Position numbers and translations under genes: made by a program
Assembly (NCBI GenBank): GCA_963775955.1
Contig: CAVZKT010000003.1
Location: 14,805 to 78,804 of the forward strand
DNA: 64,000 nucleotides
Source: Candidatus Moraniibacteriota bacterium
GTDB lineage: Bacteria > Patescibacteriota > Minisyncoccia > Moranbacterales > UBA2206
Direction of reading: 5' to 3'
The notes under the pieces: generated by a model
The model's input: only the letters and a program-made list of their open reading frames with translations
Told to the model about the DNA's origin: nothing
The model's database searches: none
Shown here: piece by piece, positions 8,866-18,869 of the stretch
Numbering within the stretch: position 1 is the stretch's first letter
Layout of the letters: the number at the start of each line of letters is the position of its first letter

Positions 8866-10035
8866 ATGATTATCGGAATTGATGTCAGATGTCTGGCGGA
8901 AGGGAGAGCAACGGGAGTTGAGGAATATACAAAAAATCTCTTGGAAAATTTGTTTTTACTGGACCAAGAGAATGAGTATATTCTTTTTTTTAACTCTTTT
9001 AAAGCAAGGAAGGCCGATTTTTTGTGGCTCGAAAAATATCCCAACGTTAAGCTGAAAAGATTCGGTCTCCCCAATAAATTTTTGAACTTTTGCTTCTGGT
9101 ATCTTGATTTCCCCAAAATTGACAAAATGATAGGAGGCGCAGATATTGTGTTTCTGCCGAATATCATTTTTGGAAACGTAAGCGCAAAGACAAGGCTAAT
9201 GGCTACGATCCATGATTTAAGCTTTGAGAGATCTCCGGAAACATTTTCCTGGAAGCGCCGCCTGTGGCACGGATTTATCAATCCGAAAAAAATTTGCTGC
9301 CGGGCGCAAAAAATAATCGCGGTTTCCGATTCCACAAAAAATGACCTGCAATCGCTTTATGGGATAGAATCCCGGAAAATTGAAGTTATCCCGAGCGGTG
9401 TTTCGGAAAAATTTTTGCCAATTAGCCGAAATGATCAAAGATTAATTGAAGTAAAAGAGCGCTACAGCTTGCCTTATAAGTTCGTTTTATTTTTAGGGAC
9501 CATTGAACCCAGAAAAAATATAGCGGCGCTGATTCGCGCCTTTGACAGTTTTAAGAATTTTGCCAATGCGAAAAAAGACGAGCAGCTTGCGAAATTCAAA
9601 CTGGTGATTGCCGGACAGAAAGGCTGGCTGGGAGAAAAAATTTATCGTGAAATAGAAAAAGCGAAATATAAAAATGATATTTTAGTTATTAATTTTATTC
9701 CCGAGGATGACAAGTCCTGCGTGATGAATCTGGCAACTTTGTTTGTCTACCCTTCTATTTTTGAAGGCTTTGGCTTTCCGCCGCTGGAGGCTATGAAATG
9801 CGGCGTGCCGGTGATAGCTTCCAATAACTCATCGCTTCCGGAGGTGGTCGGGAGCGGGGGAATTATGGTAAATTTTGATAAGCCGGATGAAATTGAAAAA
9901 GCGATGCGGGAAATTCTGGAAAATCCGCAACTATATGGCAAAATAAAAGAAGCGGGCATAAAAAAGGCCGGCGAATTCAACTGGCAAATAACCGCGCGCA
10001 AGTTTTTGGATGTCATAAAAAGTTTAGAAAAATAG
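8866..10035 (+). CDS. GT4 (group 1) glycosyltransferase
   Basis: Motifs MIIGIDVR, LGTIEPRKN, PSIFEGFGFPPLEAMKCGVPVIASNNSSLPEVVG. Confidence 0.9.
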   Translation: MIIGIDVRCLAEGRATGVEEYTKNLLENLFLLDQENEYILFFNSFKARKADFLWLEKYPNVKLKRFGLPNKFLNFCFWYLDFPKIDKMIGGADIVFLPNIIFGNVSAKTRLMATIHDLSFERSPETFSWKRRLWHGFINPKKICCRAQKIIAVSDSTKNDLQSLYGIESRKIEVIPSGVSEKFLPISRNDQRLIEVKERYSLPYKFVLFLGTIEPRKNIAALIRAFDSFKNFANAKKDEQLAKFKLVIAGQKGWLGEKIYREIEKAKYKNDILVINFIPEDDKSCVMNLATLFVYPSIFEGFGFPPLEAMKCGVPVIASNNSSLPEVVGSGGIMVNFDKPDEIEKAMREILENPQLYGKIKEAGIKKAGEFNWQITARKFLDVIKSLEK

Positions 10036-10114
10036 CTACAACTTGCTTCAGGCCGTCCAGCTAATTGAATAATTTGCTTTCAACAAATTAATCCCGATCC
10101 TCGGGATTATTCTA

Positions 10115-10375
10115 ATGGGTAAAAATATGTATTATCTCTATATTATTGAATGCGCTGATAAAACTTTGTACACCGGGATTACGACGGACTTGAAACGCCG
10201 GATTGCCGAACACAACAACACCAAGCTCGGCGCGAAATACACAACTTCCCGCCTGCCGGTGAAACTGGCATATTCAAAAAAATTTAAAAATCGGTCTCTG
10301 GCCTCGAAAGAAGAAGCCCGGATCAAAAAGTTAAAAAAACCTCAAAAATTAAAGATAATTCATCCGGGGGGATAA
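10115..10375 (+). CDS. GIY-YIG nuclease-domain protein (YhbQ/UPF0213-like)
   Basis: YYLYIIECADKTLYTGITTDLKRRIAEHN matches the GIY-(N10)-YIG core plus the R..EH helix. Confidence 0.85.
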   Translation: MGKNMYYLYIIECADKTLYTGITTDLKRRIAEHNNTKLGAKYTTSRLPVKLAYSKKFKNRSLASKEEARIKKLKKPQKLKIIHPGG

Positions 10376-10443
10376 GCGGACAATTAATTACCGCGATTAT
10401 TGAAACATGCCTCACTTCGTACCTATTAAACCAAGTCGAATAG

Positions 10444-10452
10444 TGCTATAAT
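10444..10452 (+). promoter_or_regulatory. Extended -10 promoter element
   Basis: TGCTATAAT. A transcript would start about 7 nt downstream, at the 5' arm of the element below. Confidence 0.5.
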
Positions 10453-10462
10453 AGCCTTATGA

Positions 10463-10586
10463 ACCCCGCACTAAACTTTCCGATGTAGAGCATAGGTTTG
10501 TGTTCGCGGGGAATTATTGAAATTATTAACATTTTCTGCTATTTTTCAAAATTATTTGAGAAGTATTCGGAAAGTTAGTGCGGGGT
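10463..10586 (+). repeat. Long-range inverted-repeat element, copy 1
   Basis: ACCCCGCACTAAACTTTCCGA (10463-10483) is complementary to TCGGAAAGTTAGTGCGGGGT (10567-10586, one bulge). The interior is 83 nt. The 3' arm contains GTG 10585. Confidence 0.85.
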
Positions 10587-11727
10587 GAAAATTGGAATCG
10601 ACGCCCGTTTTTACGGGCCTTTAGGCAAAGGGCTGGGGCGCTATACACAAAAATTGATAGAGAATCTGGAGAAAATTTCCGGTGCGGAGGCAAATCCTAA
10701 AAATCAATATTTTATCCTTCTTCGCAAAGAAAATTTTGCTGAATATCAGCCAGGAAGCCGGAATTTTCATAAGATTTTGGCTGATTTTCCTTGGTATACG
10801 TTTTCAGAGCAAATTCGCATGCCAAGACTGCTTAAAAAGCTCGAGCTTGACCTGGTTCATTTTCCCCACTTTAATGTGCCTCTTTTTTATTTTGGGAAAT
10901 TTATCGTTACTATTCATGATTTAATCCTGCTTCATTTTCCGACCGTAAAAAGCACGACACTTCCAGCTGTTTTTTATTGGCTGAAATTTTTTGCTTATAA
11001 AATTGTGATTAGCTCGGCTGTTCGCCGCGCAAAAAGCATAATTGCCGTGTCAAGATTCACCAAAGCTGACATCCTGAAAAATTATCGCCGGATTTCAGCC
11101 GAAAAAATAACCGTGACCTATGAAGCCTGCGATGATTATTGTTTTTTTAATCCAAGGCCGGCTGAAGAAATTCTTCCGCGGTATGGTATAATAAAACCAT
11201 ATCTGCTTTACGTGGGAAATGTATATCCCCACAAAAATCCAGAGAGGCTTGTTTTGGCGCTGAAGCAGTTGGAAAAACAAATCCCTGAGTTGCGGCTGGT
11301 TTTTGTCGGGGGAGAGGACTATTTTTACGCGCGCCTCAAGAAGTTTGTGAATTTGGAAAAAATCAACAATATTATTTTCGCCGGTTTTGTTCCAGATCAT
11401 GATCTTGATGTCGTTTTTAAAGAAGCAGTGGCTTACGTGCGGCCCTCGCTTTACGAAGGCTTTGAATTGCCGCCGCTTGAAGCAATGGCCAGGGGAGTTC
11501 CGGCAATATGTTCTGATCATAATTGTGCCCGCGAAATTTTGGAAAATAGTCCGGCATATTTTAATGGAAAAAATATTGAGGACATTTCACGTGTGATAAA
11601 AAATGTCTTTATGGACGCGAGTCTTCGCGAAAGTTTGATAAATAAAGGCTATATTCAATCTAAAAAATATAGCTGGCAAAAAATGGCGCAAGAGACGCTT
11701 ATGATTTACCAAAACGCAACAAAATGA
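10585..11727 (+). CDS. GT4 (group 1) glycosyltransferase
   Basis: GTG start giving (M)KIGIDARFYG. Motifs VGNVYPHKN, PSLYEGFELPPLEAMARGVPAICSD. Confidence 0.9.
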   Translation: MKIGIDARFYGPLGKGLGRYTQKLIENLEKISGAEANPKNQYFILLRKENFAEYQPGSRNFHKILADFPWYTFSEQIRMPRLLKKLELDLVHFPHFNVPLFYFGKFIVTIHDLILLHFPTVKSTTLPAVFYWLKFFAYKIVISSAVRRAKSIIAVSRFTKADILKNYRRISAEKITVTYEACDDYCFFNPRPAEEILPRYGIIKPYLLYVGNVYPHKNPERLVLALKQLEKQIPELRLVFVGGEDYFYARLKKFVNLEKINNIIFAGFVPDHDLDVVFKEAVAYVRPSLYEGFELPPLEAMARGVPAICSDHNCAREILENSPAYFNGKNIEDISRVIKNVFMDASLRESLINKGYIQSKKYSWQKMAQETLMIYQNATK

Positions 11728-14285
11728 AAAAAAATAAAAAAATCATACCGCAAATGTTTGATGTGCGGCCGGTAAATTCGGCCGGTGATCTGGATTGGGA
11801 AAAGATTGAAAAAATTACCTCGACCCTGGTTATTAAACAAAAAGAAAAAAAGTCTGAAATCCCGCATGTAATTTCCAGACAAAGCGTTTACGACATAAAA
11901 AAACCGGATGTAATATCTGACGAGATTAAAAGATTTCAAAAAGTTATTGAAGCTGATTCGCGCGTGAAGACGAACGCGGCAGTTCCGGTTTACGGCGAAA
12001 GCGAAATAGAAACTCCAGTGGCGACGATTATCGTGCAAAAAAACAGGCGGGCAAAATTTGTTCCAGATATCCAGCAAGTTCAGCCGGAAGAAAATAATGT
12101 TTTCATAATGGATGCTGATCTGGAATTTTTGAAACAAAAAAGCCGGGAGCTCCTGGCAGAAGAAGCCAAAATTGATTATTTCAGCGAGCCTGCTCTGGAA
12201 GAAATTATTGAATCCGCCGCGGCGAGAAAAAAGTCCCGCCTGAATTTAGGGGAAAAACTTATCGAAATAAAAAGTTTTTTTCACAACGAATATGAAAATT
12301 CTTATGCGCCAAAACCAAAAAAATTCGTCTTGTCTTTTGCCGGCGCGGCGTGTTTTATTTTTATTCTTATTTTTGGCGCTGGTTTTTTTTATAAAAGCCT
12401 AAGCGTTAAAAAAGACGTCCTTTCTGCCGGTGCAAGCGCTTATGCCAGCTTAGCGCGAGCGCAAAGCGAGGTTGCCAGCAAAGACTTTCAGGCATCAGCG
12501 TTCGAATTTAATGAAGCGTATAAAAACTTCAGTGAAATTTCCTCTCAACTGGACAGTCTGGGAGGAGTTTTAATAGAAACTTCCCGTTTTATTCCTTTTC
12601 TTTCTAAGCTTTCCTCTGGAAGCCATCTGGCTCAAGCCGGGAAAGATATTTCGCGTATTGGAGTTTTAAGCACGGGCATAATAGAAACACTCGGTCAGGC
12701 AAAAAACCCCATCAGCTCTGGCGCGGAAAGCGTATCGTATTTAAAAATTTTGCAGGACACCAGTGCTAACGCCAAAGAAATTGCGGCGCTTCTGGAAGAT
12801 GCCAATCAAAATTTATCCCGTGTCAATGCGGAAGACATTCCCAGCAAACAGCGGGCTGAGTTTTCCATGTTGAGAAACAAGCTTCCTGAAATTTCCGCTT
12901 TTGTCAAAGGGTTTGCCGATAACGGGCAGATTTTTTCAGATGTTTTAGGAGGCAATGGACCGAGAAAATATCTTTTTCTTTTTCAAAATAACCAGGAAAT
13001 GCGGGCTACCGGCGGATTTATCGGGACTTACGGCGTGATGGACGTATCAAACGGCCGCATAAAAAAGTTTTTTGTGGATGGAATCTTTAATCCGGACGGG
13101 CAACTTCTGGAAAAAATAGTTCCTCCGGCGCCTATCCAAAAAATAAGCGCGGCTTGGAGCCTGCATGACAGCAATTGGTTTCCGGATTTTCCAGTTTCCG
13201 CGGAGAAGGCCATGCTTTTTTACGAAAAAACCGGCGGACCGACAGTTGACGGAGTAATCGCGATGACCCCGGCTGTCATGCAAAAACTTTTGGAAATTAC
13301 CGGTCCGATTGAAATGCCGGAATACAATGTCACGATCGACAAAGATAATTTTATTGAGAAGGTCCAGCAGGAAGTCGAAGTGGATTATGACAAGGAGCTT
13401 AATCAGCCGAAAAAAATGTTGGCGGATTTGGCGCCGTTGATGCTGGACAAGATTTTTAATGCCAATAATTTTTCCGACATTTCCAAGATGATTAAAATTT
13501 TGGATGAAAGCTTGAATGAGAAACAGATTCTCATTTATTCAAAAAATTATGAAATTGAAAAAATGCTTTCCGAATTAGGATGGTCCGGGGAAATATTAAA
13601 AACCCAGAAAGATTATGTGAGCGTTATAAATACCAATATCAACGGGTTTAAAACCGACGGTGTTATTTCTGAAAAAATAGAGCATCAGTCGGAAATTCAG
13701 CCGGATGGGACGATAGTTGACACTCTGGCTATCACCCGTCATCATAATGGAGGCCAGACTAATTTTGCGTGGTGGGACAAGGTAAACGCTGATTATATGC
13801 GCGTTTACGTGCCCAAGGGCTCCGAACTTTTAAGTGCGGAAGGCCAGACGCGTGAGTTCAATTCACCTCCACTCGATTATAACGCGCTGGGATTTAAACG
13901 GGATCCTCTGGTGCAAATGGAAGAAGATTCTATAAAAATAGACGAGGCCAGCGGGACACGAATTTATGAAGATGCCGACAAAACTGTTTTTGCCAACTGG
14001 GTCTATGTCAGCCCCCAGGAAACAGTGACGGTGAAATATAAATATCTCTTGCCGTTTAAAATCGAAATTAACGGCGAAAACAAGCCGGCAGACGCCTATT
14101 CGCTTCTGGCGCAAAAACAGTCCGGAAGCGTCGGCAGCGAATTTATTTTTAATATAAGTTATCCGCAAAAATATAATGTCTTGTGGAAATATCCGGACGA
14201 GCTGAAGCAAGATGGCAATAATTTGAAAATAGAAACCGACCTGAAAACAGACAAATTTATCGGGATGGCGCTAATTAAACAATAA
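11724..14285 (+). CDS. DUF4012 domain protein (long form; cytoplasmic Lys-rich N-terminus, one TM, large extracytoplasmic domain)
   Basis: The hallmark segment RKYLFLFQNNQEMRATGGFIGTYGVMDV matches my recall of DUF4012. Start overlaps the upstream stop (ATGA). Confidence 0.75.
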   Translation: MKKNKKIIPQMFDVRPVNSAGDLDWEKIEKITSTLVIKQKEKKSEIPHVISRQSVYDIKKPDVISDEIKRFQKVIEADSRVKTNAAVPVYGESEIETPVATIIVQKNRRAKFVPDIQQVQPEENNVFIMDADLEFLKQKSRELLAEEAKIDYFSEPALEEIIESAAARKKSRLNLGEKLIEIKSFFHNEYENSYAPKPKKFVLSFAGAACFIFILIFGAGFFYKSLSVKKDVLSAGASAYASLARAQSEVASKDFQASAFEFNEAYKNFSEISSQLDSLGGVLIETSRFIPFLSKLSSGSHLAQAGKDISRIGVLSTGIIETLGQAKNPISSGAESVSYLKILQDTSANAKEIAALLEDANQNLSRVNAEDIPSKQRAEFSMLRNKLPEISAFVKGFADNGQIFSDVLGGNGPRKYLFLFQNNQEMRATGGFIGTYGVMDVSNGRIKKFFVDGIFNPDGQLLEKIVPPAPIQKISAAWSLHDSNWFPDFPVSAEKAMLFYEKTGGPTVDGVIAMTPAVMQKLLEITGPIEMPEYNVTIDKDNFIEKVQQEVEVDYDKELNQPKKMLADLAPLMLDKIFNANNFSDISKMIKILDESLNEKQILIYSKNYEIEKMLSELGWSGEILKTQKDYVSVINTNINGFKTDGVISEKIEHQSEIQPDGTIVDTLAITRHHNGGQTNFAWWDKVNADYMRVYVPKGSELLSAEGQTREFNSPPLDYNALGFKRDPLVQMEEDSIKIDEASGTRIYEDADKTVFANWVYVSPQETVTVKYKYLLPFKIEINGENKPADAYSLLAQKQSGSVGSEFIFNISYPQKYNVLWKYPDELKQDGNNLKIETDLKTDKFIGMALIKQ

Positions 14286-14333
14286 TCCTTATCCAGCGCT
14301 TCGCGCCACCTTCTCCTTAAAAAGGAGAAGGGA

Positions 14334-15999
14334 ATGCGGAAAAACTTTTTAATGATTAAAAAATTTTTCAACAACGGGATACTGCTGAATTCAGAGCCGT
14401 CCAAGTCGGTTATTTCGGCGGCCCTTGTAATTACGCTGGCTGGTATCGCCAGTCGTATTTTGGGTCTTGTCCGCGACCGTTTTTTGGCTTCTACTTTTGG
14501 AGCGGGGGATACGCTGGATGTCTATTACGCCGCCTTTCGCGTTCCAGATTTGATTTATAATTTGCTGATTTTGGGGGCGCTTAGCGCGGCTTTTATTCCG
14601 GTTTTTACCAGCCTCATCAGTCAGGAAAAAGAAAGGGAGGCTTGGGACTTGGCCAATGACCTTATGAATATCGCTATAATTTTAATCGTGGCTTTTTCGC
14701 TTATTTTTGCTATCTTTGCTCCCTTTTTGATGAAATTGATAACCCCCGGTTTTCCGCCGGAAAAAATAAATATGGCGGTTTTTTTTACGCGCATAATGTT
14801 CTTGAGTCCGCTTTTTCTGGGAATCAGCGGAATTTTTGGCGGTATTCTCACTTCTTTTAAAAGGTTTTTAATTTATTCAATTGCGCCAATTTTTTATAAT
14901 CTCGGAATTATTATTGGCGTGCTTTTCTTCGTAAAGTTTATGGGTCCAATCGGCCTTGCTTGGGGCGTGGTTTTTGGAGCATTTTTGCATATGCTGGTCC
15001 AATATCCGGCCGCCAAACATCTGGGGTTTGACTATCAAGCAGTTTTCGGGCGAATTTTTCGAAAATCGCCAGCTTTATAAAGTCATAGCTCTCATGGTTC
15101 CGCGCGTGATGGGGATTGCGGTAAATCAAATGAATCTTTTTATTATTACAATTTTTGCTTCGTTTTTATCTGCCGGCAGCCTTTCTATTTTAAATTTCGC
15201 GCAAAATTTACAAAGCGTTCCCCTGGGCCTTTTTGGAGTTTCTTTTGCCATTGCTGTTTTTCCGGTTCTCTCAACCTTGGCGGCAAAAAATGAAAAAGAA
15301 GAATTTGTAAAATCTTTTTCCAGAACTTTCCGCCAAATTTTATTTTTTGTCATTCCGCTTTCGGTAATACTCTTAGTTTTGCGCGCCCAATTCGTGCGGG
15401 TGATTCTCGGTGCTGGCAAATTCGACTGGGAAGACACAATTCTTACTTTTCAGTGTCTCGGAATTTTTTCTTTAAGCCTGTTCGCGCAAAGCACCATTCC
15501 GCTTTTGGCTCGGGCTTTTTACGCGCTCCACGATACCAAGACCCCCTTTTTTATAGCGCTTTTTGCGGAAGCAGTCAGCATCGTGAGCGTTCTTTTGCTC
15601 ATAAATAAGTTTCACGTTTTGGGCCTGGCAATCGCGTTTTCGCTGGCGAGCATCGTGCAGATGGCTTTTTTGCTTTATGTTTTAAGAACGCGCTTTAAAA
15701 CGCTGGATGACAGAAACATTATCAGCTCCGTCGGAAAAATCGCTTTGGCGTCATTTACGGCCGGCATCGGCATCCAGCTGGCAAAGTATTTTACTGCCGC
15801 TTTTGTAGATCTAGACCGGTTTTGGGAGATTTTTGCCCAATTGTCAATTTCCGCAGTTATTGGAATTCTGATTTTTCTTGCGGCGTGCTATTTTCTGAAA
15901 CTGGAAGAATTTTTTATTTTTAAAAATTCCCTGACCAGAAAATTGTTCAAGTCAAAAGAGGCGATTGTGGAAAGCACGGACCAGGTGTCAGGAATCTAA
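14334..15999 (+). CDS. murJ: Lipid II flippase MurJ, one apparent frameshift
   Basis: Motifs SRILGLVRDRFLASTFGAGDTLDVYYAAFRVPDLIYNLLILGALSAAFIPVF, then VPRVMGIAVNQMNLFI in the frame of 14956. The switch is at about 15030-15075. Confidence 0.85.
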
Positions 16000-16003
16000 A
16001 TAA

Positions 16004-16060
16004 TTAGTTTTTAGTTTTTAGTTTTTAGTTCTTAGTTTTTGGTTCTTAGTTTTTGGTTTA
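16004..16060. repeat. Short tandem repeats (TAGTTTTT x3, then a roughly 15-nt unit x2)
   Basis: Read directly from the sequence. The last unit plus GCAAAAACTA (about 16063-16072) forms a 9-bp hairpin after the murJ stop. Confidence 0.8.
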
Positions 16061-16250
16061 TAGCAAAAACTATTGATATGTTTGGATTTCCATATGTGGA
16101 CATGTGGAAATGTTTTAATTTTATTGTTTGGTGGTCGTATCAATCTACATTATTATCTATGTAGATATCTCAGTAGATGTAATTCTTACACTTGGCCACA
16201 TATGGAAGCATTGCTTTGAAAGTAAAAAGGGGACTAACCGCCTGCTTTCC

Positions 16251-16279
16251 TTGATTTTAAGGCGATTTTATATTAGAAT
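16251..16279 (+). promoter_or_regulatory. Sigma70-like promoter for lepA
   Basis: TTGATT (16251-16256), 17-nt spacer, TAGAAT (16274-16279). Confidence 0.55.
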
Positions 16280-16288
16280 AGGGTTTAT

Positions 16289-18233
16289 ATGGATCAAAAC
16301 AACGTTCGTAATTTTTGCATTATTGCTCATATTGACCATGGGAAGTCGACTTTGGCCGACCGGCTTTTGGAACTCACAAAAACCGTTGAACATCGCAAAA
16401 TGAAAGAGCAAATGCTGGACCAAATGGATCTGGAGCGGGAACGCGGCATCACCATAAAATTGCAGCCGGTAAGAATGAAATATGATTTAAATGGTAAAAA
16501 ATATATTTTAAACTTAATTGATACTCCGGGACATGTTGATTTCAACTATGAAGTTTCCCGGTCTTTGGCGGCCGTGGAGGGCGCAGTACTCCTGGTGGAC
16601 GCGACCAAGGGCGTGCAAGCGCAGACGCTTTCAAATTTATATTTAGCCATTGAACAAGGGTTGGAAATAATTCCGGCGGTTAATAAAATTGATTTGTTTA
16701 ACGCCAATGTCGCGAAAACCAAAAAAGAAATCGTTCATATTCTGGGTTGCCAGGAAGAAGAAATTTTGGAGGTTTCCGGAAAAACAGGGCAAGGCGCGGA
16801 CAAACTTTTGGAAAAAATTGCAGAAGTTGTACCGGTGCCGGCGGGTAAAAAAGAAAAACCTTTGCGCGCGCTCATTTTTGATTCAAAATATGACACCTAT
16901 AAAGGAGTGGTAGCTTATGTGCGCATCGTGGACGGAAAAGTCAAACGGGGCGATAAAATTTTCATGATGGCGGCTGAAGCCGAAAGTGATGCTGTGGAAG
17001 TGGGCTTTTTCAAGCCCGGTTTTGAACCAACCGAGGAACTTACGGCCGGAGATATCGGCTATATCGCCACCGGATTTAAAAGCGTTGAAAGCTGCCAGGT
17101 AGGAGACACGATAACAAATTCCAAAATCCAAATCTCAAATTCCAAACCCCAGGAAGCAGAGCGGGGCTCGCTACGGGGCAGGCAAATCCAAAATTCAAAA
17201 TCTAAAATTCAAAATTTTGTAGAACCATTGCCTGGCTATAAAAAAGTTACTCCGATGGTTTATGCTTCGTTTTATCCGGTGGAGGGCGATGATTATAATT
17301 TTATGCGCGACGCCTTGGAAAAATTAAAACTAAACGACGCGGCTTTTACTTTTGAACTGGAAAGCAATTTAGCTTTAGGCAGGGGATTCCGCTGCGGATT
17401 TCTCGGGATGCTGCATTTGGAAATAATCCAGTCGCGCCTGGAGCGTGAATTTGAAATCAGCCCGACCATTACCACTCCCAGCGTTGTTTACGAAGTGGAA
17501 CTGCGTGGTAAAAAAGTGAGCGAAGAAAAGGTTTACCCTGTTAAATCCGCCATAACGGGCGGTCCCGCTTCGCGGGAATTTAACAGGGCAAGAATTTATT
17601 CGCCAACTGAATTTCCTGATCCGTCGGCCATCGAAAAAATTTATGAACCTTACGTGAAACTGGATATTATTTCGCCGAGCGTTTATTTGGGCAACATTAT
17701 GGATGTGATGAAAAATACGCGCGCTGAGTATTTAAATACGGAATATATCGACGCAGAAAGGCTAGTTCTGACTTTTGACTGTCCGCTCACGGACGTTATT
17801 ATCAATCTCCATGATGATCTTAAAAGCGCTTCATCCGGCTACGCTTCGATGAATTATTTTATTACTGAATACAAGCCTTATGACTTGGTAAAATTGGATA
17901 TACTGGTAGCCGGAGGAAAAAATTGAGGCTTTTTCGCGCATCGTGCCCCGCGAAAGGGCGTTTAGCGAAGGCAAAAAAACGGTGGAAAAGCTCAAGGATT
18001 CCATTCCGAAGCAGAACTTCCAGATCGCGCTCCAGGCGGCCATCGGCGGAAAAATAATCGCTCGCGAAACCATTAAGGCTTTCCGGAAGGATGTTACCAG
18101 CGGGCTGTATGGCGGGGACGTCACGCGCAAGCGAAAACTGCTGGAAAAGCAGAAAAAAGGCAAGAAAAAAATGAAAAACATCGGCCGGGTTTCCATCCCG
18201 TCCGAAGCTTTTTTGTCGGTTTTAAAAAAATAG
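16289..18233 (+). CDS. lepA: Elongation factor 4 (LepA), one frameshift near the 3' end
   Basis: Motifs [32 protein letters not shown]. The C-terminal tail [53 protein letters not shown] lies in the frame of 17943. The switch is in an A-run at about 17917-17922. Confidence 0.95.
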
Positions 18234-18272
18234 CCATTTGTTTAGAATAAAAAAATTTGCTAAAATAACCCC

Positions 18273-18386
18273 ATGAGCTTTAAAAAACGCAACAAAAGAA
18301 TGTATTGGATTTGGGTGGTTATCTCCATTCTGGCGGTTTTGTCCATGATTGCTTTTACAATCGCTCCATTGATAACCATGCAATGA
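18273..18386 (+). CDS. Possible 37-aa single-TM protein (not in ORF track)
   Basis: The ORF from ATG to TGA reads MSFKKRNKRMYWIWVVISILAVLSMIAFTIAPLITMQ. It fits the co-directional gap, but there is no homology evidence. Confidence 0.3.
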   Translation: MSFKKRNKRMYWIWVVISILAVLSMIAFTIAPLITMQ

Positions 18387-18420
18387 CATAATCAGCCAGA
18401 TAAAATTTAGTTTATATGCA

Positions 18421-18825
18421 ATGGCTAGAGACTCAGAAAAAAGCAAAAATTCAATATTTTCGAAACTGGTTTTGATTATTGGTTTTTTTATTTTGGTTAC
18501 GGTGGTATTTTTTCTGGCTAAAGAATTTTATAAAAAGCGGCAAATTCAGAATGAAATTCAGAAACTTGAGGAAGAAGCCGCCCATATTAATCGGGAAAAT
18601 TTGGAAATTCAGGATAAAATAGCCTACTTGCAAAGCCGCGATTATCAAGAGCGGGAAGCCAAAGACAAGTTAAATCTGCAAAATCCTGGTGAAAATGTCG
18701 TAGTTATAAAGCCGGGAGTGGCCAGGGAGCAGGACATGGGAGCGGAAAATGAAAATTTTCCGCAACCGTTGCCGCCCAACATTTCAAATCCGCAAAAATG
18801 GTGGAAATATTTCTTTAAATATTAG
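18421..18825 (+). CDS. Septum formation initiator FtsB/DivIC family protein
   Basis: N-terminal TM plus a coiled coil: IQNEIQKLEEEAAHINRENLEIQDKIAYLQSRDYQEREAKDKLNLQNPGENVVVI. Confidence 0.8.
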   Translation: MARDSEKSKNSIFSKLVLIIGFFILVTVVFFLAKEFYKKRQIQNEIQKLEEEAAHINRENLEIQDKIAYLQSRDYQEREAKDKLNLQNPGENVVVIKPGVAREQDMGAENENFPQPLPPNISNPQKWWKYFFKY

Positions 18826-18869
18826 GATCACACAACCCATAACGCTTAACTCATAACGCAAAATTGAAA

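Noticed and set aside
10115-10375. GIY-YIG protein read as a homing endonuclease responsible for mobility of the adjacent inverted-repeat element
   Set aside because: It is a minimal 86-aa stand-alone GIY-YIG domain (YhbQ-like) without a DNA-binding extension. Only one of the six element copies is next to it. There is no evidence linking the two.
16004-16060. Tandem repeats read as a CRISPR array (also considered for 54839-55528)
   Set aside because: The 8-15-nt units are contiguous with no unique spacers. The 141-nt repeats are coding and in frame. There are no cas genes in the window.
16128-16403. 91-aa ORF upstream of and overlapping lepA
   Set aside because: It overlaps the well-supported lepA start and promoter, starts at a non-ATG codon, and runs through the hairpin- and repeat-rich spacer.
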